The notes under the pieces are model-generated. The model worked only from the letters and a program-made list of their open reading frames with translations, ran no database searches and was not told the origin of the DNA. Of a DNA stretch of 64,000 nt, positions 22,252 to 31,986 are shown piece by piece (position 1 is the stretch's first letter; each line of letters begins with the position of its first letter). Source of the stretch: an uncultured bacterium (lineage in GTDB: Bacteria; Zixibacteria; MSB-5A5; CAIYYT01). The position numbers and the translations under genes were made by a program. The stretch is taken from the NCBI GenBank assembly GCA_963726455.1, contig CAVSCK010000003.1, positions 384,001 through 448,000 on the forward strand, given 5' to 3'.

Positions 22252-23916
22252 ATGTTTTGGAATTATCCGGTTGCAGTCTGGTTTTACCTGGCCGCAGGGC
22301 TGGTTTTGGCCGTTGGAGTACTGCCCCGCTATTTTGATGCGGTCATCAAGTCGCGACTGTTCTGGTTGGTTGGCGCCGCGCTTTTCGTCGCGGGAATGCT
22401 GCTCTTGCCGGCGAAAAACTATCTGCTGGGCGACGGCCTGACCCATCTGGCAAACCCGGCGCGTGTGTTTTCCGCCACTGAACCGCTGGAGGTCTTCCTG
22501 CATCACGTCGTGTATCTGGTGCTGGGAAGTTCAACAGTCAGTTATTGGTCGGTGGCGTTTGTGGCTGGGTTGTTCTACTTGCTGGGAGTCTACCTAATCA
22601 GCCGGCTGGGTGAGACCACCCTTGAGAGAAGTATCATTGCGCTGGCTTTTATCTGCCTGGGGACGGTGCAATTCTATCTGGGATACGTCGAGCACTACAC
22701 GCTGTTGAACCTGTTCGCTCTTTATTATCTGTATTTCGCATGGCGGGAGATGAAGCGGGAGTCCGTCTCGCTGGCGCCGCTCTTGTTCTTTGTACTGGCG
22801 TTCGTGTCGCATTTGTCGGCGATCGTGCTGCTGCCTTCGCTGTTCTATCTGTACTGGCCGAGATTCAAGAAATGGCTGTTTGTAATTGCCGTGCCCATCG
22901 TGGCAGCGGGCGTCGTAGCTGCAATAGCAGTGAACATCAGGCAGATCATGGTGCCGCTGAGCGCGAATGATTTCTCGACTTATTCGCTGCTGTCGGGAGC
23001 GCATCTGGTCGACCTGGTGCGGCTCTTGATACTCGTGTCGCCGGCGTTCTTTTTGACATTCTGGAAGCCACGCTGCAACCGGACGCTGATATTCACGCTA
23101 CTCGCGTTGGCGGGCGCGTTGGCATTTACGATATTGGTTGACCCCAAAATCGGAGCGTTTCGCGACTGGGATTTGCTGTCAGTGTTTGCGGTTCCGCTGG
23201 CGGCGCTGGTGGCACTTCAGGTGCCGAGGTATCGACTGACGGCTGTTATTCTGCTGATCCTTATTGTCGTCCGCATCGTGCCCTGGCTGGAGTTCAACAG
23301 CAAACAACAGAATGAATTCGTCGAACGGGTGGTGTTGGCCGACCCACATTATAGTGAGCAGTACGACAAGGGGCAGCGGCTGGTAAGCTGGGGTTTGCTG
23401 CTATACAAACTTGGAGATTACCGGGGAGCGGAGACGGCCTGGAAACAGAAGTTGCAGTATACGCCGAATCATGAGAACACACTGGCGATGCTCGCGCCGC
23501 TGGAGTACAAGATGGGGAATCTCCCCGAGTCGTACCAGGCATACTTGCGGCTCTTGGGAATCGATCCGAACAATGCGGAATATCGGTATCATGTGGTCTA
23601 TATGATGTTTCGGATCAACGACTATAATTCTGCCATGAGTATGATGCTGAGTTCGCCGCCCGAGTTTGTCAACAATGTGAACAGCCAGCGCTTACTGGCG
23701 GGTATTGTCGGCGCGATGGGAGACCACGAGCGTGCCGTCCAAATTCTTGAGTCAGCCCCCGGAACCGATTCGGACGGGTATCTTCCCTATATGCTGGCGA
23801 AGAGTTGTCTGGCGGCCGGCAGGATCGATTTGGCACGGTCTCTGATTGGCCGAGCAATGGAACTGGATCCAACCAACCTGACGTATCAAAAACTCGCAGA
23901 CAACATTCCAGAGTAA
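22252..23916 (+). CDS. Polytopic membrane protein with C-terminal TPR repeats (GT-C glycosyltransferase-like), paralog 1
   Basis: About 10-11 TM segments, loop motifs LGDG, GYVEHY and FRDWDL, followed by TPR-like helices. Confidence 0.65.
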   Translation: MFWNYPVAVWFYLAAGLVLAVGVLPRYFDAVIKSRLFWLVGAALFVAGMLLLPAKNYLLGDGLTHLANPARVFSATEPLEVFLHHVVYLVLGSSTVSYWSVAFVAGLFYLLGVYLISRLGETTLERSIIALAFICLGTVQFYLGYVEHYTLLNLFALYYLYFAWREMKRESVSLAPLLFFVLAFVSHLSAIVLLPSLFYLYWPRFKKWLFVIAVPIVAAGVVAAIAVNIRQIMVPLSANDFSTYSLLSGAHLVDLVRLLILVSPAFFLTFWKPRCNRTLIFTLLALAGALAFTILVDPKIGAFRDWDLLSVFAVPLAALVALQVPRYRLTAVILLILIVVRIVPWLEFNSKQQNEFVERVVLADPHYSEQYDKGQRLVSWGLLLYKLGDYRGAETAWKQKLQYTPNHENTLAMLAPLEYKMGNLPESYQAYLRLLGIDPNNAEYRYHVVYMMFRINDYNSAMSMMLSSPPEFVNNVNSQRLLAGIVGAMGDHERAVQILESAPGTDSDGYLPYMLAKSCLAAGRIDLARSLIGRAMELDPTNLTYQKLADNIPE

Positions 23917-24025
23917 TGTTCTTACACGCCTGGCGGCGCTTGGAACCACTTGCAAATGCGTTTGGAGAACTGTCGGAGAGCGGGTAGATTAACCAGTTGA
24001 TGGGCCGCAAACGTACGGAAGTTCA

Positions 24026-25696
24026 ATGATGTTCTGGAATTATCCGGTAGCGATTCCGTTCTATCTGATTGTGGCAGTGCTCCTGCTTGCCGCATTTGTC
24101 CCACGTTATGTCGAATTCGCTGTCAAGTCCAGGGTCTTCTGGATTTCGGGTGCACTTCTATTCACCGTGGGAATGTTGCTGCTGCCGTCGCGAAATCACC
24201 TGATGGGTGATGGCATGCAAAGATTGGCGGATGAGAGCCGGACAATCATGTACACGGAGCCGCTCGACACGCTGTTGCATCGATTAGTCTATTTGATCGT
24301 GGGCTCATCGCTCTGGAGCTTCCGGATCGTCGGGTTTGTAACGGGACTGTTTTACCTGAACGGAATTCGTCTGTTGAGGCGGCTCGGAACGAGCCCAATC
24401 GAGAAGGCGATCATTGCGCTGTCATTCATCTGCACGGCGACAATTCAGTTCTATTTCGGGTATGTGGAGAGCTACGGGCTGGCGAATCTGTTCATTCTGT
24501 ACTACATGTACTTCGGGTGGAAGTGCGTGGCCGAAGACCGGATCACGGCGGCGCCGGCTCTGTTTTTCGTGCTGGCGACTCTGTCACATATTTCTGCGGC
24601 GGCTGTATTTCCGTCATTGGTCTATCTCTACAAGGACAGGTTTCGGCTGACAGTAAGGATCGCGGTGCCGCTGATTGTCTTCAGCGTAGCAACAGTGTTT
24701 GTAACTGGACAGTATTGGAAGCACTTGGTCGTGCTGATGCCGAATGAATGGTCGGCATACTCATTGTTTTCGGGAGCGCATTGGCGAGATCTGTTGAGTG
24801 TGCTGTTGATCGTATCGCCAGCGTTCTACTTCGCATTTTTCGGCAAGCGTCATGACAAAATAACGATTTTCGCTATTGTTGGCCTGGCAGGGACATTGTT
24901 GTTCTACATCCTGATCGACCCAGTCCTGGGGGCGGTCCGTGACTGGGACATGTTGTCCCTTCTTGCGCTTCCCCTTGCCGCAGTGATTGCCTTACGAACG
25001 CCTCGCAAGGCGATTGTCGTGGTCATTTTGGCGGCAACAATCGCAGGGCGAATTGTGCCCTGGCTGATATTCAATAGTCAATTGCAGACCGAGTATCTCA
25101 AAGGCGTACTTGCGAAGGATATTCATTATTCGGCGCAGTTTGCTCATGGCGAACGACTTGACAGTTGGGGCTACTGGTTAAGCGAATGCGGCGACGACAA
25201 AGGAGCAGAGGACGCATGGAAAGCGCGGCTGGCAATAGATCCCAATTGGGTCAATACGTGGACAATGTTGGGCCGACTGCAACGTAAGGAGCGCGAATAT
25301 CCCGATGCGCTTCGGACATATGCCCGACTAATGTTGCTGGAGCCGGAAAACCAGATGAATCGATATTACACAGTGTATCTGCTCTTTCGGATGGGGGTGT
25401 ACGATCGAGCACAACAACTGCTTGCGGACGGCCCGGAGGATTTTCGAAAGGACACAAGTGTGGAGCGGCTGCGAGCCGGTATACTGGGCGCGACCGGACA
25501 TGACGAGGAAGCGGTGGCCCTAATCGAAAAGGACTCAGTGGAGGATTATGATGGTTACCTCCCTTACACGCTGGCAAGAAGCTGCCTCAAAGTCGGGAAA
25601 ATTGATCTGGCGCGACGACTTATCGATCGGGCGGTCGAACTTGATTCCGCCAACTTCCAGTATCGCGAGCTGTGGAACGAAATCGGGCAAAGATAG
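24026..25696 (+). CDS. Polytopic membrane protein with C-terminal TPR repeats, paralog 2
   Basis: Colinear with 22252-23916: MFWNYPVA start, MGDG, GYVESY, VRDWDM, DGYLPY.LA.SCL..G.IDLAR.LI.RA.ELD. Confidence 0.65.
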   Translation: MMFWNYPVAIPFYLIVAVLLLAAFVPRYVEFAVKSRVFWISGALLFTVGMLLLPSRNHLMGDGMQRLADESRTIMYTEPLDTLLHRLVYLIVGSSLWSFRIVGFVTGLFYLNGIRLLRRLGTSPIEKAIIALSFICTATIQFYFGYVESYGLANLFILYYMYFGWKCVAEDRITAAPALFFVLATLSHISAAAVFPSLVYLYKDRFRLTVRIAVPLIVFSVATVFVTGQYWKHLVVLMPNEWSAYSLFSGAHWRDLLSVLLIVSPAFYFAFFGKRHDKITIFAIVGLAGTLLFYILIDPVLGAVRDWDMLSLLALPLAAVIALRTPRKAIVVVILAATIAGRIVPWLIFNSQLQTEYLKGVLAKDIHYSAQFAHGERLDSWGYWLSECGDDKGAEDAWKARLAIDPNWVNTWTMLGRLQRKEREYPDALRTYARLMLLEPENQMNRYYTVYLLFRMGVYDRAQQLLADGPEDFRKDTSVERLRAGILGATGHDEEAVALIEKDSVEDYDGYLPYTLARSCLKVGKIDLARRLIDRAVELDSANFQYRELWNEIGQR

Positions 25697-25740
25697 CCAA
25701 ACCTTGACATCCAGCAAAGGAGGCGCTTAGATTAGAGCGT

Positions 25741-26742
25741 ATGCCGGCGAATTTAACCCCACCATATAAAGCCGCCGAACAGCGCTATCGGGAGGCGACC
25801 GACGATGCTGCACGCCTGGAAGCTCTCAATGAGATGATGCAGGTCATCCCTAAGCATAAGGGGACGGAGAAACTGCAGGCAGAGATCAAGGCCAAGATAG
25901 CCAAGATCAAGAAAGGGGCGCAGGCAAAACCGGCAGGGGCAAAGGCCAAGTCACTCGATAACATTCCACGAGAGGGCGCCGCACAGATTCCGCTGGTGGG
26001 CCCGCCGAACAGCGGCAAGTCGCAGTTTCTGGCGGCTGTCTCGCACGCGCACCCGGAAATCGCCGATTATCCGTTTACGACACGGGCTCCGGTGGCGGGA
26101 ATGATGCCTTGGGAAAACATCAAGTTTCAGTTGATTGACTTGCCGCCGATCTCAGACAGTCATTTGAGGGCTGGATGACTTCGCTGCTGTTTCGCGCCGA
26201 TGCCATGTTTCTGTTCGCCGATCTGTCCTCTGATGACCTGCTGGATAGACCTGGAGCATTCGCTCAATCTCTTAAGGGAGCATCGGATATTACTGACTCA
26301 TCCCGATTTCGAGGTGAGCGAAGAGGATTACTCGCTGGATGAGGTTTCCAAGCGAACGTTCCTGATCGCCAACAAGGTTGATCTGGATGAGGACGGAATT
26401 CGGCTGGACTTTCTCAAACAGGCGTTTGGGGACAAGTATCCAATATATCCAGTCAATGCCACCACCGGCGACGGAGTAGCGTGTCTGGAAGCCGATCTGT
26501 TTCATTCGCTGAAACTGCTGCGTGTTTACACCAAGACGCCGGGGCATCCGGCAGATATGGGTGACCCGATTATCCTGTCGACGCCGGCGACGGTGGAACA
26601 TGCCGCCTTCAAGATTCACAAGGATTTCGCTCAGCGTCTGGCGTTCGCCAAGATTTGGGGTAAAGGCAAATTCGACGGATCGCACGTACATAACGATTTT
26701 CATTTGTCGGATGGCGATATATTGGAGTTTCATCTAAAGTAG
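25741..26742 (+). CDS. DRG/OBG-family GTPase with TGS domain, frameshifted near 26165-26245
   Basis: MPANL...PKHKGTEKL, GPPNSGKS, DYPFTT, DLPP, NKVD, RVYTK.PG, L.DGDILEFH. Confidence 0.88.
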
Positions 26743-26843
26743 ATCGTATTTCGTATTTCCCGCAGTTTTTCTTGCAAATCAAATACAGTTTTAGTAAAGC
26801 ATTCCCCGGTCTAATCATTTGGAGACTCTGGGAAGGAAGGTAA

Positions 26844-27916
26844 ATGATGTTTCGACTGATTATGATTGTTCCGATAATATTATCCCTGTCAATCGCGATA
26901 GCACAGAATACTGAGAAGGCATCACCACCGAAGAGCGCGGATTCGACAACGAATTGGCGTGCACAGGAAAAGCATCTTAAAAATGTCAAGAAACTGACCT
27001 CGGGCGGCGAAAATGCCGAGGCGTATTTTTCCTCCAAGGCGGACATGCTGATCTATCAGTCGACACATGCTCCCTACCAATGTGATCAGATCTTCATGAT
27101 GAACTCCGATGGCTCCAACAAACATCTCGTTTCGACGGGAAAGGGCAGGACGACGTGTGCCTTCATCGCTCCGGATTATCAGAGGATTATTTATGCATCG
27201 ACGCACGCCGCCGACACGGCCTGTCCACCGAAACCGGACTATTCCAAAGGTTATGTTTGGGCGTTGTACGAGTATGACGTTTACTCTGCAAAGCCCGACG
27301 GCTCTGACTTGAAAAACCTTACAAATTCGCCGGGTTATGACGCCGAGGCCGTTTATTCTCCCGACGGTACGCGGATCGTGTTCACTTCGATGCGCACTGG
27401 GGATCTGGAAATCTATTCAATGAAGCCGGATGGTTCCGATGTCAAGCAATTGACACACGCGCTGGGCTATGACGGCGGGCCGTTCTTCTCGGCCGACGGC
27501 AAGCAGATTGTCTATCGGGCGTCACGTCCCGAAGACGGCGAAGGACAGCACCGATTATCTGGATTTACTCAAGCAGAATCTGGTGCGGCCGTCGAAGCTT
27601 GAAATCTACATTATGAACGCCGACGGCTCCAACAGCAGACAGATTACCAATCTCAATTGCGGCAGTTTTGCACCGTATCTTCGTCCTGACGGCAAGAAGC
27701 TGGTATTCTGCACCAACTACGGCGGCTCGATGCGCGATTTCGACATTTACCTGATAAACGTCGACGGCACGGGCCTGGAGCGGGTTACGTTCAATCCGAC
27801 ATTTGACGGTTTCCCGATGTGGTCGCATGGACGGCAAGAAATTCGTGTTCTGTTCGAACCGCGACGATTCACAGCCGGGTGAGACGAACGTGTTTATCGC
27901 CGATTGGGTGGATTAG
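26844..27916 (+). CDS. Exported TolB-like PD40 beta-propeller protein, frameshifted near 27530 and 27830
   Basis: Signal peptide; GENAEAYFS, STGKGRTTC, GYDAEA.YSPDG, GYDGGPFFS, FDGFPMWS; ends ...NVFIADWVD. Confidence 0.85.
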
Positions 27917-27987
27917 CAGCCGGAACAGGACTGGGCACTGTCGCAGATTCCGCTTGAGTATCGACCGGGTGAGCATATATTGCCGCC

Positions 27988-28168
27988 GTGGACGTAAAGG
28001 AAAGCTTCCGCGAGAACACTTCATTGCTGGCTGAATTCTGGCGCTTCATCCGCTATCGCAAGCGTTACTGGTTGCTGCCGTTCTTCCTGATCATCTTTCT
28101 TGCTGGCGGTCTTTATCGTCCTTACTGAGAGCAGCGCGTTTGCGCCTTTTATCTATTCACTTTTCTAA
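27988..28168 (+). CDS. DUF5989 (SxtK-like) small membrane protein, one extra base near 28098
   Basis: Hand translation: MDVKESFRENTSLLAEFWRFIRYRKRYWLLPFFLII..LLAVFIVLTESSAFAPFIYSLF, with the RKxxWLLP and APFIYxLF hallmarks. Not in the ORF track. Confidence 0.8.
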
Positions 28169-28187
28169 ACCAGGCAGGCAGGAGAGC

Positions 28188-29081
28188 ATGAAAGTATCCA
28201 GAATAATCATTGCAGTTGTCATCACTCTGGCCCTACTCGCGGTGGCGCGGCGGGCATCGCAACGCCAGGTTCCCAATGTAACCGAAACTACGACTTACGG
28301 AGAACTCACTCTCAGCCATACCTGCAAGCATGTTGACAAAGGCGACCAGACGCCGGCCGTTCTGGATGTCAACGTTGCCGGCGGCCTGCTTCCTGAAAAC
28401 ACGACGGTGGCTCTGTACTACACTCCTCGTGTCCTTGATGAAGGCGCTCCTGCAACACCGGTGCGAGTGGAGGCCGTGACTGTTCCCGGGCGCGAACTTG
28501 TGTATCGGGTGACAATACCAAATCAGGGCCGCGGCAAGGAATACAGCTATTGGTTCCAGCTTGAGAGCAATGACGGCCGAATTCTGGCGGCCGTGCCGAC
28601 GGGTTCCTCGCAGGAAAAGCCGGGCAGGTTCTGGTTCCGGTTTGAGGGGAAGCGCTCGGTGCCGCTGTTAGTTACGCATATCGCACTTATGTTCGGCGCA
28701 TTCCTGCTGATGGTAATGGTATTCATGACCGCGATCGAAGACACGAAACATGATTCGGTCAAGCTGCGACTGGGCAAGTTGACGCGCTGGGCAACGATCG
28801 TGCTGTTCATCGGTTCATTTCCGATCGGCATCTGGCTGGAGTATCAGGTCTACGCGACCTATTGGACGGGCATTCCGTTTGGCACCGACAAGACCGACAC
28901 CAAGACGCTGTTGATCTTCATCTATTGGGTGGTCCTACTCCTGTTGCTCAAGGGCTCGGCGTTTCGTTCGGACCCGAAACAGGATGTGGTCGGGCCGGCG
29001 GCAGCACGTTGGGCCGCAATTATTGGCGTGTTATTTTCGCTGGCGATGTATTTGATTCCACATAGTTCAGGCAATTTCTAG
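28188..29081 (+). CDS. Hypothetical membrane protein (N-terminal anchor, soluble domain, 4 C-terminal TM)
   Basis: GGAGAG RBS before ATG 28188; hydrophobicity pattern; WTGIPFGTDKTDTKT loop. Confidence 0.7.
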   Translation: MKVSRIIIAVVITLALLAVARRASQRQVPNVTETTTYGELTLSHTCKHVDKGDQTPAVLDVNVAGGLLPENTTVALYYTPRVLDEGAPATPVRVEAVTVPGRELVYRVTIPNQGRGKEYSYWFQLESNDGRILAAVPTGSSQEKPGRFWFRFEGKRSVPLLVTHIALMFGAFLLMVMVFMTAIEDTKHDSVKLRLGKLTRWATIVLFIGSFPIGIWLEYQVYATYWTGIPFGTDKTDTKTLLIFIYWVVLLLLLKGSAFRSDPKQDVVGPAAARWAAIIGVLFSLAMYLIPHSSGNF

Positions 29082-29127
29082 TGAATCCGGGTGTCAGTGC
29101 GGCTCCGGGTGACCGCCTGAGCCGAGA

Positions 29128-30168
29128 ATGTTATTTCGGATGAAAATCCGTTCTGTACTCTTTGGCGCTGTCACCGTATTTGTCATTCTGCTGCTGGCTG
29201 AAATTGGATTACGCGTTGTCGGAGTGAATCCGCGCGTCGATAACCCGTTCTTCATGCTGGTCAGGGTATTCGAGTATCCCGAATATTTCGAAAAAGATCA
29301 CGAGCTGTTCTGGAAGCTGAGGCCGAATATCAGGGAGGGCACCGAATTTCTGGTGCCGGGTTCGTATCGCACGAATTCGCTGAGTTTGCGCGGAGATAAT
29401 GCGCCTATCGAGATGTACGCCAATCGAACGCGGATTGCCTGTTTCGGCAATTCCTGCACCTTCGGCTGGAGGATGCAGGAAGACGAAACGTACGAGCCGC
29501 AGTTGGAGAAGCTGCTGAACGATCAGGCGGGTTCGAAACAGTACAAGGTCTTCAATTGCGGCGTGCCGGGTTATTCGACCTTCCAGGGGTTACGGATGCT
29601 GCGGGAGTATTTGCCGATTCTCAAGCCGAGCGTTGTGACGATCTGTTACGGCTGGAATGACCACTGGGCGGCCGGATTTGATATCGAGGACAAGAATCAG
29701 CGATCGGCGCCACAGATGGTGCTGGAGGCACAGAATCTGCTCTCGGAAAGCTACGTCTATCGAGCGGTGAAGTACGTGCTATTGGCGAAATATGAGAAGC
29801 AAAAGCAGTACCAGTTCGACCGGCAGTCGGTGCATTATCGAGTGTCGCTCGACGACTACGCTGCAAATCTGCGGGAAATGGTGAGTATCTGCCGGGACAA
29901 CGGCGTCAAACCGATCCTGATCACGACTCCGGCGGGTGACGTTGATCCGGGAGTTGAGAATCCGATGGAGCAGTACCACGAGCTTTACAATGAAACAGTC
30001 CGGCAGGTAGCGCAGGAGCTGAAGGTGCCATTGGTAGACGCGGCGCTGCTGTTCCGCGATCATCCTGAGTTCTACGACAACCCGAAGGCCGATTTCATAC
30101 ATTACAACGCCCGGGGAGCGGCGCTTATCGCGGGGCAATTGGCCGTCGCCGCCCGGCAGTTGCAGTGA
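29128..30168 (+). CDS. Membrane-anchored SGNH/GDSL hydrolase
   Basis: FGNSCTFG block I, NCGVPGYST, GWND, DFIHYN; N-terminal TM. Confidence 0.88.
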   Translation: MLFRMKIRSVLFGAVTVFVILLLAEIGLRVVGVNPRVDNPFFMLVRVFEYPEYFEKDHELFWKLRPNIREGTEFLVPGSYRTNSLSLRGDNAPIEMYANRTRIACFGNSCTFGWRMQEDETYEPQLEKLLNDQAGSKQYKVFNCGVPGYSTFQGLRMLREYLPILKPSVVTICYGWNDHWAAGFDIEDKNQRSAPQMVLEAQNLLSESYVYRAVKYVLLAKYEKQKQYQFDRQSVHYRVSLDDYAANLREMVSICRDNGVKPILITTPAGDVDPGVENPMEQYHELYNETVRQVAQELKVPLVDAALLFRDHPEFYDNPKADFIHYNARGAALIAGQLAVAARQLQ

Positions 30169-30284
30169 GAATTCTCAGCCGGCGAAACCCACCGAAAAAC
30201 TTCTGACGATTTATTGAGCAATCGCTCCTCAAGCACGTAATATTCGCTGAGTCGTCGTCAGGACACTTATCTTCGCGACACCCT

Positions 30285-31416
30285 TTGACGACACTACTGA
30301 CGATGCATCTATTGAAGATTCTGCAACCGGCTCTTTTCACCCTCGTTCTAACTGCGTCCGCACTGATTGCTGCACCGCTTCCCGCGACTCCCGTGATGAT
30401 TGACTCCGTGGAGATGCAGGATTACCGCCGCATCTGGGGCAGCCCATCGGGTTGTTTCTATTTTCTGCGCCGCAATGATTTTGAGGTGCGCCAATTCACC
30501 GAAAACAAAACCCTGTCGCAGCCGCTGGGACCCAACCAGAAACTGATCTCTTCGGAGCAAGGACGTTATTTTGCGTTGATCAGTTACAGCAACTTCTTGC
30601 CGACGTCTCTGCACGTGACTGAGATCCGGTTGTTCGACTGCACCGGGCAACAGATCTGGAGCGTGCGCGATCCGGGATGCACGTCATTTGTCCTGTCCGA
30701 CAAGGCGCCGATTGCGGTCGGTATCTCGGGCGCCGAAGGACTGCCGGAGACGCAGCTTTACTTCTTCGGCCCGACCGGCCAGGAAGCCGGCAGCGCCAAG
30801 GTTGACAATTTCGCGAGCGGGCGCTTTTCGGAAGACGGAGATTTCTTCTTTGCGATTGCGGGCAGCAAGGGGCTGGTCAAGTTTTCGAATACCGGCAAAG
30901 AAGTGTGCCGCTACGCCGATTGCAGCCGCTATTGTGTCGGGCGTAACGGCGAGATGGTTGCGGCATTCAAAGATTCGGCATTGACGATCTACAAGAGACA
31001 GGCGCGACTATACAACTACAGAGTCTCAGAACTTGTCAGTGCGCGATGTGCGGTTTTCGTATGATAATCGGTTTGCCGCGATCCTGTTGACGCAGGAATT
31101 ACAGTTGATCGACCTTGACAGCTCGCGTGTTGTCTGGGAATACTCTCTTCCCGATTCGGGTTATCAATTCTTCCACTTCGACTCGGATTCAGCGTTCACA
31201 TATTTCGCCTGCTCGACCAACAACTCGGTCGATGCACCTGAGCGCCGCAATACGCTTGGGCAGGCGCTGCTCCTTGACGCAGAAGGCAAGCTTGTCTGGC
31301 AGACGGAAATGGGATACGCCGAGTGGTCGGTCAAGTACCCGGAAGTCAAGATCGACGTGGCGGCAAGGATTATCACGTTGCTGACTGCGGAGAAGTTTTG
31401 GGTGTACAGCTTTTAA
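30285..31416 (+). CDS. Hypothetical exported beta-propeller-like protein, frameshift near 31035
   Basis: Signal-like N-terminus, repeated G...W strand motifs, two abutting ORFs. Confidence 0.6.
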
Positions 31417-31597
31417 CGTGTCTGCGATATCACTCCCTGTCGATGCCGCCGTTCCTTCACGCTCGTACTGATAAGCGCACTGCCGTGCGCGACTACCTAT
31501 GCGCTGGGTAGTAACTAATTCCTAACGGTGCGACAAATTCACTTGAGAACACAGCGGCTTGGATAGGCCAAGTGCCCTCAAACTTGTGCAAACAGAA

Positions 31598-31631
31598 AAC
31601 CGGCGGTCGGATTTGCATCCAGCCGCCGGTT
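31598..31631 (-). terminator. Terminator after rpsT
   Basis: AACCGGCGG...CCGCCGGTT stem flanked by A/T tracts. Confidence 0.55.
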
Positions 31632-31654
31632 AGTTTTGCCGCTAGAGACAGAAT

Positions 31655-31918
31655 TTACTTAGCCGCAGCTTTTTTGTTGAGAATCTTGGCGAGACGGCTT
31701 TTCTTGCGGGAAGCGGTTTTCTTTTTCATGATGTTACGCTTGACCGCTTTGTCGAGCACGGAAGCCATCTCGGAAAGACTGGCTTTAGCTTCCGGTTTGC
31801 CGGCGTTGTCCGCCAGTTGCTTGGCTTTCGATTTGATAGCCGAACGAATCGAGCGATTCTTGATGTTCGCTTTAACCGACTGTTTATGTCTCTTCTTGAC
31901 CGACTTATGTACTGCCAA
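31655..31918 (-). CDS. rpsT: 30S ribosomal protein S20
   Basis: HKSVKKRHKQ...N...RSAIKS...LDKAVKRNIMKKKTASRKKSRL; TTG start after GGAGG. Confidence 0.93.
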   Translation of the reverse strand: MAVHKSVKKRHKQSVKANIKNRSIRSAIKSKAKQLADNAGKPEAKASLSEMASVLDKAVKRNIMKKKTASRKKSRLAKILNKKAAAK

Positions 31919-31958
31919 TTGCTGTACCTCCAAATGAGTAATAAAATTTCAACACGCC

Positions 31959-31986
31959 ATTATACGTCGCGGCGCACGGATGTCAA
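31959..31986 (-). promoter_or_regulatory. Consensus sigma70 promoter for rpsT
   Basis: Minus strand TTGACA-N16-TATAAT. Confidence 0.75.
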
